NCBI GenBank assembly: GCA_963674755.2
Contig: CAXXVS010000002.1
Span: 1,152,001-1,216,000 of the forward strand
Direction of reading: 5' to 3'
From: Desulfobacterales bacterium
GTDB lineage: Bacteria; Desulfobacterota; Desulfobacteria; Desulfobacterales; UBA5852
DNA length: 64,000 nucleotides
Positions within the stretch are counted from its first letter, which is position 1, and every line of letters starts with the position of its first letter. The notes under the pieces were generated by a model that was not told the DNA's origin, made no database searches, and saw only the letters and a program-made list of their open reading frames with translations. This document shows, one piece after another, positions 39,118-47,774 of the stretch. The translations under genes and the position numbers were made by a program.

Positions 39118-39224
39118 CGGTAATCCCTGGTAACCGAGGCCGGATGGTTACCAAATTTTACAAGATATAAATCAATTATATCGGGCACATAAATTTCTTA
39201 TTGGCGTTCGGGACACTGGGGTCG
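39118..39224 (+). other. attR region: arm-like repeats plus 21-nt core
   Basis: GGTAAT/GGTAAC/GGTTACC repeats also found at 2966-2980; core at 39204-39224. Confidence 0.75.
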
Positions 39225-40007
39225 AAAAATAAATTGGATATTGAGACGATCGAAATCGAATGGTCCTGGGATCAACCGATCATCCAGGATATCCTTTTGA
39301 AGTATTACCGCGACTGGCTTTTCGTTACCCCTGAAATTGCCAAGAGCATGGTGGAGCGGGTTCTGTCGATTTCCAACGTCCAGGCCCCGGAGCAGATCAT
39401 GGATATCGGCTGCGGCCTGGGCTACCATGCCATCGCTTTTGCGCAAAAAGGGTTCCGGGTGTTCGCCTTCGATCCGGGGGACAAATATCTCGCAATGGCC
39501 CAAGCCCATATCGCCAAGGAAGGGGCTGATGTAACCCTGCGGCAGATGACGTGTGCCGACTTGGATGAATCCGAGCGCTTCACACTGGCCTGGGCCGGCT
39601 CGTATTGCCCGGGGCAGCTTTCACCTTCCGAAGTTGTGCAGGATTTGAGACGAATTTATCGATCCCTTAAGCCGGGGGGATGGTTTATATCCAATGTCGC
39701 CGGGAAGCCCAAGGTTCCGCCTTCGGAAAAGGTACGCCATTGGCGGCAATTACCGGACTGCTATATGCTTTCCGAGAAGTGGGCGGACGAAACCTATTTC
39801 CATGAGCACTGCTGGTTTGTATATCCTGAAACGAACAAGGTCATAAAGCTTGCCGAAGTTGAACGCATGTACGGGGTGCAAGAGATTCCCCCGCTTTTGA
39901 AGGAAGCCGGGTTTACGGATATTGCAACCGCCGGCAATCTCAAAAGGGATGCGCCGGCGCAGGCAGGCAAGCATTTTGCCTTCTGGTGCCGTAAACCAAA
40001 TGGCTGA
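39201..40007 (+). CDS. Class I SAM-dependent methyltransferase (start uncertain, may be 5'-truncated)
   Basis: MDIGCGLG.H motif I, LKPGG; stop codon lies inside the repeat copy. Confidence 0.8.
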   Translation: MAFGTLGSKNKLDIETIEIEWSWDQPIIQDILLKYYRDWLFVTPEIAKSMVERVLSISNVQAPEQIMDIGCGLGYHAIAFAQKGFRVFAFDPGDKYLAMAQAHIAKEGADVTLRQMTCADLDESERFTLAWAGSYCPGQLSPSEVVQDLRRIYRSLKPGGWFISNVAGKPKVPPSEKVRHWRQLPDCYMLSEKWADETYFHEHCWFVYPETNKVIKLAEVERMYGVQEIPPLLKEAGFTDIATAGNLKRDAPAQAGKHFAFWCRKPNG

Positions 40008-40100
40008 TAGCCCCGGATGCCGACGACGACCCTTTCCTCTGCCAAATCGGCGAGCGGCGCCGATCAACGATTAAACGCATCCGGGGAACCGTCCGAAACA
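39994..40100 (+). repeat. Degenerate right-half copy of the cargo-array repeat, outside attR
   Basis: AACCAAATGGCTGA...CCGGA.GCCG..GAC.ACCCTTTCC...CAAATCGGCGA...GGGAACCGTCCGAAAC. Confidence 0.8.
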
Positions 40101-40659
40101 TCAAAGATAGCTCACCCTCTACTTTCAGGCCTCAGGCAAAGAGCCTATCTCGGCTCACAACCGGACCCGCCCCGCAGAGCAGGACAAGAAACAAGAGCGG
40201 GAAGAGCCGCCGGAAGATGGGTCGCATGATGCCTCCTTTTAAGGGATAAGTAATCGCTTTCATCGGAGAGGATAACTGTTTCCGGTTTTTCTACTGCCAT
40301 TTTTCGACAGGCCCGATCCTATCCCAATCCCCCGGTTTTCGCCACCCGTATACCGGAACCCGGATTCAGGCCCCCTGCCCTTCCAAATACCTGTTTCTAT
40401 CCCCAGGATCACCAATTTCGCTACCTCTTACACATTTCTATTTCCCGGACCTCCTTAAGATGATAGCGTATCAAATGCAAAGAAACCGTGATATTTTCAT
40501 CTGTTATCCTTCCGCATAGTGACTTGTTGGATTTGTTGATTGGTGGAAAAATGAAACACACCCTCCACGTCAGCGAAGATGGTCTGCTCTTCACATTGGA
40601 AGAAGCGATAAACTGGTTAAAAAAATAGTCAGCACGCTTTAGCGCAAGGGAGGAAATCC

Positions 40660-41112
40660 ATGTACCGGTCCATTTTGTTTCCAACCGATTTTTCCGAGAT
40701 GGCCGACAAGTCGCTGAACTACATCGAGCAGCTCAAGGGATCGGGGTGCCGGGAAGTGGTGCTGCTACATGTCATCAACCTGCGCATCATCGACGGTTTG
40801 ATGCGTCATGGCGCGATGGAGGAGCAGCTTGCGCAGTGGGAACGGAAGGCCAGGGAGGTTGCCGAGGAGTCCCTGGTGATGATGAAAAAAAGGCTTGAGC
40901 TAAAAGGGCTGGCGGTGAAACTGATGATCAAGCGGGGATATCCTTCCCATGTCATCCTCGACGTGGAAAAACAGGTGCGGCCGTCCCTGATTGTGGTCGG
41001 CTCCCATGGGCGCTCCAACATCAGCGACATGCTTCTGGGCTCTGTTTCCGACCGGGTTATCCGCAAATCGCGGTATCCCGTCCTTGTCGTCAAGCGGGAC
41101 GAACAAATATGA
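40660..41112 (+). CDS. Universal stress protein
   Basis: ILFPTDFS, LIVVGSHGRS...LLGSVS. Confidence 0.92.
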   Translation: MYRSILFPTDFSEMADKSLNYIEQLKGSGCREVVLLHVINLRIIDGLMRHGAMEEQLAQWERKAREVAEESLVMMKKRLELKGLAVKLMIKRGYPSHVILDVEKQVRPSLIVVGSHGRSNISDMLLGSVSDRVIRKSRYPVLVVKRDEQI

Positions 41113-41161
41113 TCGGCTGCCGCACGGGCACCTTTGCCCGTTCCGCCCGGTTTCGGCCGCG

Positions 41162-41638
41162 CTATACGATTGCCACGTTGACGCTGTTCTGCCAGATGCC
41201 ATGCATGTTGCATTTGATCTGGACGATCAAGGATACGGTCTTGCCCCGCAGCGTGTCCCCCAGTACCGTATTGAAGCTTGCGGCCGCGTTGCAATAGCCG
41301 TGCGATCGAAAAATGGTGGTGCCGGCCGGTTCGTTGCCGATGTTGAGCTGCAAGTGTTCGATCCAGTGGCTGGGACCCATGGGATGCGGGATTTTGCCGA
41401 TGTCGATCTGGACGGGAAAAGCCTTGCCGGCTTCGATCTTGTCCGGCACGCTGATGACCGGCGAATGGAGCTTTTCCAGGGTGGTTTCCTCCGCCGGATT
41501 TTTCACCCGGTTGATGCCCTGCCAGAGATCTTTTTCCACCTTGCTTGGATAGTATAGCTCCGCCCTTGCCAGTCCGGGCCCGAGCATCGCAAATGCCCCA
41601 CCCCAGGCCGCGGCCTTCAGTACATCTCTCCTCTTCAT
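41162..41638 (-). CDS. Superoxide reductase-like (class II SORL) protein with Tat signal
   Basis: MKRRDVLK twin-Arg; EK.H.P, PHP...HWI, CN.HG.W. Confidence 0.8.
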   Translation of the reverse strand: MKRRDVLKAAAWGGAFAMLGPGLARAELYYPSKVEKDLWQGINRVKNPAEETTLEKLHSPVISVPDKIEAGKAFPVQIDIGKIPHPMGPSHWIEHLQLNIGNEPAGTTIFRSHGYCNAAASFNTVLGDTLRGKTVSLIVQIKCNMHGIWQNSVNVAIV

Positions 41639-41905
41639 TGGATTCCTCCTTGCGATTCAAAACATAAACCTTAAAAACGGTTTTCAAGCCCCCTTCAAGG
41701 AGGCTTCCTGAGGCTTCCCGCTAGGCGTGAGGAGCCTCACTTTTACCGATCATTGCCAATCTTCACGGCTGGGGCGAAAGAGCGCTTCGGCCTTCTTCTT
41801 GGCAGCCTAAACCAGGAGCCTTGACGTCCATCATTTTCCCGTCTATAAGTGTCATCGTTTAGAGATATTGCTCATTATAATCCGTATTGTCTTAGGAGCC
41901 ACGCA

Positions 41906-42340
41906 ATGGATACAGCGATCGCCGCCCCCGAATTGGATGCCCTCCTGTCCCAATGGACGGACAACGACCAACAATCCAAAAAAACCTTTCAGCACTTCCA
42001 GGACCACCTGGTCCGTAAACCCGATCTGACCTTTGATTTTGTGGCCCGACCCGGCGTTTCCTACTCGCTGCGAGCCAGACATCGCCGCCAAAACCACCGT
42101 CCCTTGTTTGCCATGATCGATATCATCGATGACGACCCGAGTGAGCGTTGGCTTTCCGTCTGTTTTTTCGGCGAGATGATCTCCGACCCGGATGAGATCG
42201 GGGATTTCGTGCCGGAAGGCTTGCTGGGTGAAGATGCCCATTGTTTCGATATCGAGGCATGGGATGACGATCTCGTGGGCTATGTCACCGCACGCCTCGA
42301 CGAAGCGTATGAAAAAGCCTCTCAAGAGGCTGCGGTTTAA
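41906..42340 (+). CDS. Conserved hypothetical protein
   Basis: AGGAG RBS; RPGVSYSLR...WLSVCF...VP.GL.GED..CFD. Confidence 0.7.
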   Translation: MDTAIAAPELDALLSQWTDNDQQSKKTFQHFQDHLVRKPDLTFDFVARPGVSYSLRARHRRQNHRPLFAMIDIIDDDPSERWLSVCFFGEMISDPDEIGDFVPEGLLGEDAHCFDIEAWDDDLVGYVTARLDEAYEKASQEAAV

Positions 42341-42391
42341 TAATGCGACCCGGCCCGGGTTGCAGCTAAAAGCGGCCGGCCAACACCGGAC

Positions 42392-43312
42392 TCAACTTGA
42401 CAGCAGGTAAGACCGCAGATTGGTCCCTTTGCGGTGAAGGCCTAATTTGCGCCGGATATTGAGGCGGTGCATGTCCACGGTGCGGGCGGAAATATTCATG
42501 AGGCCGGCGATTTCCTTGGTGGTGCGGCCATTTTTGACAAAATTGGCCACCTCCATTTCGGCCGGGGTCAATACGGTGAAGCGGGATGCCAAGCCCTTGT
42601 TTTGGGTGGTCGTAATTTCGGCCAGGTTGGCGGACAGCATGGAGACGACCATCTTCTGGCGGTCATTGAGGCCGCTGCTGCGCAGCTTTTCGATGAGGGG
42701 TTCCACAAGCCGTTGCAGATTGGCCGACAAGGCGCTTTCGATCTCCTCCTTATCTTTTTCGCGCATCCTCACCAGGGTCTGCAACGCCAGGTTCATCTCC
42801 TCCAGCCGTGTATTTTTGTTCTTTAACTCCTGCTCCCGGCGTCGCACCTCCTGCTCCGCCTGTTTTTTGGCGGTAATGTCGGCAAGGATGGCAAAACTGC
42901 TCTCGATCCCGTTTCGGCCCCTGTCCAGCACATGTGGGTATACAATGCTGTACTGCGTCTCGCCGCTCTTGCGCTGCCAGGCGATTTCAAAAGAACGGCG
43001 CGGGTGTTCGTCTTCCCCTGAGAGTTTGCGGTAGATGAGTTGGGAGGTTTCCGGTGACAGGAATTCGTGGATTTTGCGCCCCATCAATTCTTCGGCCCGG
43101 AACCCGCTGATCTCTTCAAGGCGTTTGTTCACATAGGTGATACGCTCTTCGCCGTCCATCACGATCAGCCCTTCCGTCATGGTTTCGAAGAGTTTACCAA
43201 TGCGCAGCTCCATATGTTCGTAGCGATCCAGTCTCCGCCGCAGCGCTTCATTTTCTTTTTCCAGCGCTTTCAGACGGTGCCGGTCGGTATCGGATTGCTT
43301 ATCCAGAGGCAT
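42392..43312 (-). CDS. PAS-domain LuxR-family regulator
   Basis: PAS fold plus LTP.E.EVA...G.TTKEIA...TV..HR.NIR.KLG. Confidence 0.9.
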   Translation of the reverse strand: MPLDKQSDTDRHRLKALEKENEALRRRLDRYEHMELRIGKLFETMTEGLIVMDGEERITYVNKRLEEISGFRAEELMGRKIHEFLSPETSQLIYRKLSGEDEHPRRSFEIAWQRKSGETQYSIVYPHVLDRGRNGIESSFAILADITAKKQAEQEVRRREQELKNKNTRLEEMNLALQTLVRMREKDKEEIESALSANLQRLVEPLIEKLRSSGLNDRQKMVVSMLSANLAEITTTQNKGLASRFTVLTPAEMEVANFVKNGRTTKEIAGLMNISARTVDMHRLNIRRKLGLHRKGTNLRSYLLSS

Positions 43313-43331
43313 GCGGCTCCATTCTCCCTGA

Positions 43332-44255
43332 TTAGGCGGCCGGCGAGGGGCTGTCCGTGATGCCGATCCCATAGAGCGCCCGGGCCGTGTCCGCCAGGAT
43401 CCACCGCAGGGCGTCTTCCGGCAGCCCCAGGGCATCGATCCCCCGCAGCTCCCGATCCCAGGCATAGGGGATATTGGGGAAATCCGTGCCGAACATCAGC
43501 CGCTCCGGACGCAGGCGGCTGATATCCGGCGGGTTTTCCACGGGCAGATAATCGGCCAGCATCATGGTGGTATCCAGCCACAAATGATCGAAGCGCTCCT
43601 GCAGGCGGCGGTAGGCCTCGAATTCATCGGCACCCAGATGGGGCACCACCAGTTTCAACTCCGGATAGGTTTCCAGAACCTGCTCCACGAAAGTCCAATG
43701 GCAGATTTCATAGGGATCGCAGGCATAGGCCGGGCTCTTGGGCTCGCGGCCGGCGTGGATGACCAGGGGCAGACCCCACGCGGCGCAAACCCGGTAGACG
43801 TCATGCATCCCCGGGCTGTCCATCCGGAAGCACTGGACATGGCTGTGCAGCTTGACGCCTTTGAGGCCGGCCCTGAAAGCTGTTTCCAAAATGTCAGGGG
43901 TCCCGGGTTCTCCGGGGAATACCGTGGCCAGGCCGGTCACGGCGCGGGATCGCCGGACAAGGTCCACCATATAGCGGTTGAGCTCCCGGGCGATCCCGGG
44001 TTTGTGGGCGTACTGCAGGGCCACGATGTGGCCAACCCCCCGCTGGAGAAGAAATGCCAGCAAATCATCGGTATAAAGACGATAGCGGATCGGCCAGCCG
44101 AACTGGTCGAACCAGCCCCAGACCGCATCGAACAGCAGATCGGGGAACACATGCACGTGGGTATCCACCACCATGGGCAGATGATCGGGAACGCGGTTCC
44201 CTTCGGGGTCGTCGAGTTTGGGCAGCGGAAGATCGACCATGTCAGCAATTTCCAT
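43332..44255 (-). CDS. Amidohydrolase family protein
   Basis: D.HVH, GVKLH, IHAG, PHLG, FGTDFP. Confidence 0.9.
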   Translation of the reverse strand: MEIADMVDLPLPKLDDPEGNRVPDHLPMVVDTHVHVFPDLLFDAVWGWFDQFGWPIRYRLYTDDLLAFLLQRGVGHIVALQYAHKPGIARELNRYMVDLVRRSRAVTGLATVFPGEPGTPDILETAFRAGLKGVKLHSHVQCFRMDSPGMHDVYRVCAAWGLPLVIHAGREPKSPAYACDPYEICHWTFVEQVLETYPELKLVVPHLGADEFEAYRRLQERFDHLWLDTTMMLADYLPVENPPDISRLRPERLMFGTDFPNIPYAWDRELRGIDALGLPEDALRWILADTARALYGIGITDSPSPAA

Positions 44256-45162
44256 CGTGACGTCCGGTGCTGTGCCGCAATTGCCGCCGCACCCAGGCCA
44301 GCCCGAGGCGTCCTTTCACATTCTGCAGGCGCAGGGCCAGGGGCAGAACCGGCAGCATCGCAGGAACCAGGTAGCATATCTTGCTCAGGACCATAAACAA
44401 TTCCCGCAGGTCCGCAACCCTGAACCAGACCGCCCTCCCCTCCTGGATCAATCCCCAGCGTCGGGCCGCTTGGCGGGCGGCGCTGGTTCCCTCCCGGAAG
44501 ACCACGCGGATGTCGAAGGGACCGGTGCCGGTCAAGGGTCGGGTCGCCTCGTTGAACAGAGCCGCTACGGCCCTGTCGGCCAGCTTGCGGCGCCAGGAGC
44601 AGGCATCGAAATGCTCCACACCGTTGCGCTTGTCGATCGGGAAAGTGGTGACTCCCGGAATTTCCTGGGCGGCCTGGCTACAGGCCTCCGGACAGCCCGA
44701 AAAAAACACCGGACGGATGCCGTAGGGTGCCAGCAGAGCGGCAAAAAGCGCCACCTCAGGCAGGGACCGGCCGTCCACCCGAACATCGGCCAGACGCGAT
44801 GTCATGGTATGTGGCAAAAACCCCCGGGTGCCGGAAGCGGCATGCAATCCCAGAAAAAAGACCGCCTCGGCCCGGTCTGGGTCTCCCATGGCAGGCACCG
44901 GTCCCGTCCGGTAGCCGCTCTCTAACCGGGCCCGCGGATGGATTCCTTCCGCCAGGATATTATAGCCCGTGCGGTGGAAATCTTTAATGAGGATATCCTC
45001 GGCGCCGGCATCGAACAGGGCCTGGACAACGGCCTGCACATCCCGGGTCATGGCCTCGCAGGCCAGGGCCCATTCCTTGCACAGAAAGGCGGATGCGGCA
45101 TAGTTCCAGCACCCTGAACTGCCCTCGATGTCGGCAACGATCAGGACGCGGCGGAAGGACAT
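44242..45162 (-). CDS. M55 D-aminopeptidase (DppA-like)
   Basis: ADIEG, D.H...N, G.HA..G...L.HT motifs. Confidence 0.8.
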   Translation of the reverse strand: MSFRRVLIVADIEGSSGCWNYAASAFLCKEWALACEAMTRDVQAVVQALFDAGAEDILIKDFHRTGYNILAEGIHPRARLESGYRTGPVPAMGDPDRAEAVFFLGLHAASGTRGFLPHTMTSRLADVRVDGRSLPEVALFAALLAPYGIRPVFFSGCPEACSQAAQEIPGVTTFPIDKRNGVEHFDACSWRRKLADRAVAALFNEATRPLTGTGPFDIRVVFREGTSAARQAARRWGLIQEGRAVWFRVADLRELFMVLSKICYLVPAMLPVLPLALRLQNVKGRLGLAWVRRQLRHSTGRHDGNC

Positions 45163-46199
45163 GCGGCCAGGATCCTCTTGAGCTCCGCGATAAAATGACG
45201 GATGTCGTCCTCGGTGGTGTCGAAGGAGGTCATCCAGCGGACTTCGGATGTGGCGTCGTTCCAGACATAAAAGGGGCAGACCGCCTGGAGCGGTGCAATG
45301 ACCGCCTGCGGAACCCGGGCGAAGACGCCGTTGGACTCCACCGGCCGGCTCACGCGGATCTCCGGGAATTCCCCCAGGGCCTCGGCCAGCAGGGCCGCCA
45401 TGCGGTTGGCATGGGCGGCGCAGCGCCGCCAGAGATCGTTGGTCAGCAGGGCCTGGAACTGGGCGGCGATGAACCGCATTTTGCTGGCCAGCTGCATGCC
45501 CTGTTTGCGGCGATATTTGAAGCTGCAGGCCAGATCGGTATTGAAAAAGACGATGGCTTCGCCCACCATCATACCGTTTTTGGTTCCGCCGAAGGACAGA
45601 ACATCCACCCCGCAGTCGGCCGTCAGGGTGCGCAAATCGGTACCCAGATGGGCGGCGGCATTGGCCAGGCGGGCGCCGTCCATATGGAGGACCATCTGAT
45701 GGCGGTGGGCCAGCTCGGCAATGGCCTGGATTTCCTCCGCGCGATAGACCGTTCCCAATTCCGTGGCCTGGGTGATGGAGACCACCCGGGGCTGGGCATG
45801 GTGCTCGAAGCCGAAACCGTGCAAGTGCCGGCCGATGCCCTCGCAGGTCAGCTTGCCGTCCGGAGTCGGTACAGTGAGCAGTTTGCAGCCGGTATGACGC
45901 TCCGGTGCGCCGCATTCGTCCACGTTGATATGGGCGGTTTCGGCACAGATGACCGCCTGGTAGGGCGCGCTGGCCGCCTGCAGGGAGAGCACGTTGGCCG
46001 CAGTCCCCAGGAAGACGAAATAGACGTCGACCGCTTGCCCGAACTGCTCCCGGAAACTTTGCACGGCCGCGGCCGTGCAAGGATCGTCCCCATAGGCCAC
46101 GGCATGGCCTTCATTGGCCGCGACGATGGCCTTTAGAATATCGGGGTGAATGCCGGCATAATTGTCACTGGCAAGGCCCCGCCAAACACCTTCCATCAT
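45141..46199 (-). CDS. ltaE: Low-specificity L-threonine aldolase
   Basis: ASDNYAG, GTAAN, LHMDGAR, FGGTKNG. Confidence 0.9.
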   Translation of the reverse strand: MMEGVWRGLASDNYAGIHPDILKAIVAANEGHAVAYGDDPCTAAAVQSFREQFGQAVDVYFVFLGTAANVLSLQAASAPYQAVICAETAHINVDECGAPERHTGCKLLTVPTPDGKLTCEGIGRHLHGFGFEHHAQPRVVSITQATELGTVYRAEEIQAIAELAHRHQMVLHMDGARLANAAAHLGTDLRTLTADCGVDVLSFGGTKNGMMVGEAIVFFNTDLACSFKYRRKQGMQLASKMRFIAAQFQALLTNDLWRRCAAHANRMAALLAEALGEFPEIRVSRPVESNGVFARVPQAVIAPLQAVCPFYVWNDATSEVRWMTSFDTTEDDIRHFIAELKRILAACPSAAS

Positions 46200-46288
46200 A
46201 TGGCACCGCTCCGCTTAGGATTTTGTCATGGGCGAATCTGAGGTGTAGCTTATTCTACTGCCCTGGGCAACCCCGACCAAACGACCGC

Positions 46289-47590
46289 TTACCCCTTTGG
46301 AAGGGCACTTCCGCCCCGGCGGCCTTCCTTCAAAGGCCGTCGGTCATTCGGAAGACCGGCTTGCCGCTGAATGGCCGCGACGCGCTGCATGACCGGTGGA
46401 TGGGAATAATGGAGAAAAACATAAAACGGATGGGGGGACAGGTTGGACAGGTGGTGAACGGAGAGCTTCTGCAGGGCCCCGGCCAGGGCCGGCCCGTGGC
46501 CGCTGGTGGCAACCGCATAGCGATCGGCCGCATATTCGTTGCGCCGCGAGATCATCATGGCCAGGATGCCGGTGAAAAAATCCACCGGGGCATAGAGCAG
46601 GCCGAATAGGGTCAGTCCGGCATAGACCGACGCATGGGGCATGAAAAAGGCGTCAAAAAGGGCCGGCTGACCGATGCACAGGGACAACAGGTAGAACATG
46701 ATCCCGGTCTGGGCGATCCCCATGACCAACCCCATGAGGACATGGTGTTTTTTGTAGTGCCCCATTTCATGGGCCAGGATGGCCACCAGCTCGCTGCGCT
46801 CATGCTGCGCCACCAGGGTATCGAACAGGACGATGCGCTTGTGCCGGCCGAACCCCGTGAAAAAAGCATTGCCTTTGCCGGAGCGTTTGGAGCCGTCCAT
46901 CACGAATACGTTCTGGAGCGGGAAGTCGATGGAACGGGCATAGCGGCGGATGTCCGCTTCCAGTTCGGCGTCCTTCAGGGGCTCGAACCGGTTGAACAAC
47001 GGCATGATCCAGGTTGGGGCGACATACTGCATGACAAGCATGTAAGCGATCACCACGCCCCAGGAATACAGCCAGGCCAGCGGGCCCGCCGCCTGAAAAA
47101 AGAACAGGATACCCGCCAGAAGCGGCGCTCCCAGAAGAACGCCCAGGATGGCGCCCTTGACCCGGTCCACGAAAAAGGTGCGCCAGGTCGTACGGTTGAA
47201 GCCGAAGCGCTCTTCGATGACAAAAGTGCTGTAAATGCTGAACGGTAGCGACAGGACAAGTCGCAGGACGGCCAGAATGCTGATAAAGACCAGGCCGGAA
47301 AAAATCGGTCCCCACTGGAAGGAACGCACCCAGGCATCCAGGACGGGGAAGCCCCGGCCAAACCAGAAAATCAGAATGGCGCCCAGCTGGATGGCCTCGG
47401 CCAGGCGCCCGAAGCGGGTGTTGACCCGCAGATAGGCCTGGGACCGCGGGTAGTCCCCGTTTTTAAACAACGCTTTGAACGCGTCCGGCGGCTTATCCGG
47501 TTGAGCCTTGAGGTTGAGATGATCGGCCACCCAATTCAATCCGAAATCGAGCAGCAGGGCCGCCAGGACGACCCAGGCAATCCAGTTCAT
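46289..47590 (-). CDS. M48 (STE24-like) membrane metalloprotease
   Basis: NAFFTGFG, HEMGH, EY.AD, SHP motifs; multiple TM helices. Confidence 0.92.
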   Translation of the reverse strand: MNWIAWVVLAALLLDFGLNWVADHLNLKAQPDKPPDAFKALFKNGDYPRSQAYLRVNTRFGRLAEAIQLGAILIFWFGRGFPVLDAWVRSFQWGPIFSGLVFISILAVLRLVLSLPFSIYSTFVIEERFGFNRTTWRTFFVDRVKGAILGVLLGAPLLAGILFFFQAAGPLAWLYSWGVVIAYMLVMQYVAPTWIMPLFNRFEPLKDAELEADIRRYARSIDFPLQNVFVMDGSKRSGKGNAFFTGFGRHKRIVLFDTLVAQHERSELVAILAHEMGHYKKHHVLMGLVMGIAQTGIMFYLLSLCIGQPALFDAFFMPHASVYAGLTLFGLLYAPVDFFTGILAMMISRRNEYAADRYAVATSGHGPALAGALQKLSVHHLSNLSPHPFYVFLHYSHPPVMQRVAAIQRQAGLPNDRRPLKEGRRGGSALPKG

Positions 47591-47774
47591 GATAGTCACT
47601 CCCGGAATTAATAAGGGCGGCCCTTTAGCAGGCCGCCCTTTCCTACGAGGAGATTGAAGGCGGTTCGCCAACCGCCTTCCGCATTAATTTAGAACCGACT
47701 CTGCGCCTGTCAAGGATCGACCCCATGGCGCCTATGCCAGCTGGGGATGGACGTTCGCAGCGCGCAGCAAGGCG

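Larger units (their letters stand above)
2864..39224. mobile_element. Lambdoid siphoprophage (~36 kb) integrated in tRNA-Pro(CGG)
   Basis: Direct repeat GCGTTCGGGAC(G/A)CTGGGGTCG at 2864-2884 and 39204-39224; complete lysis-tail-head-terminase-replication-immunity-integrase gene order. Confidence 0.92.

Noticed and set aside
33972..40100. Classical integron (IntI plus attC array)
   Set aside because: RYYYAAC boxes are present, but I found no matching GTTRRRY box at attC distance, and the neighbouring integrase looks like a phage integrase rather than IntI
45163..46080. N-terminal 300 aa of the 612-aa ORF 44242-46080
   Set aside because: Out-of-frame overlap with ltaE; the real M55 peptidase starts at 45162
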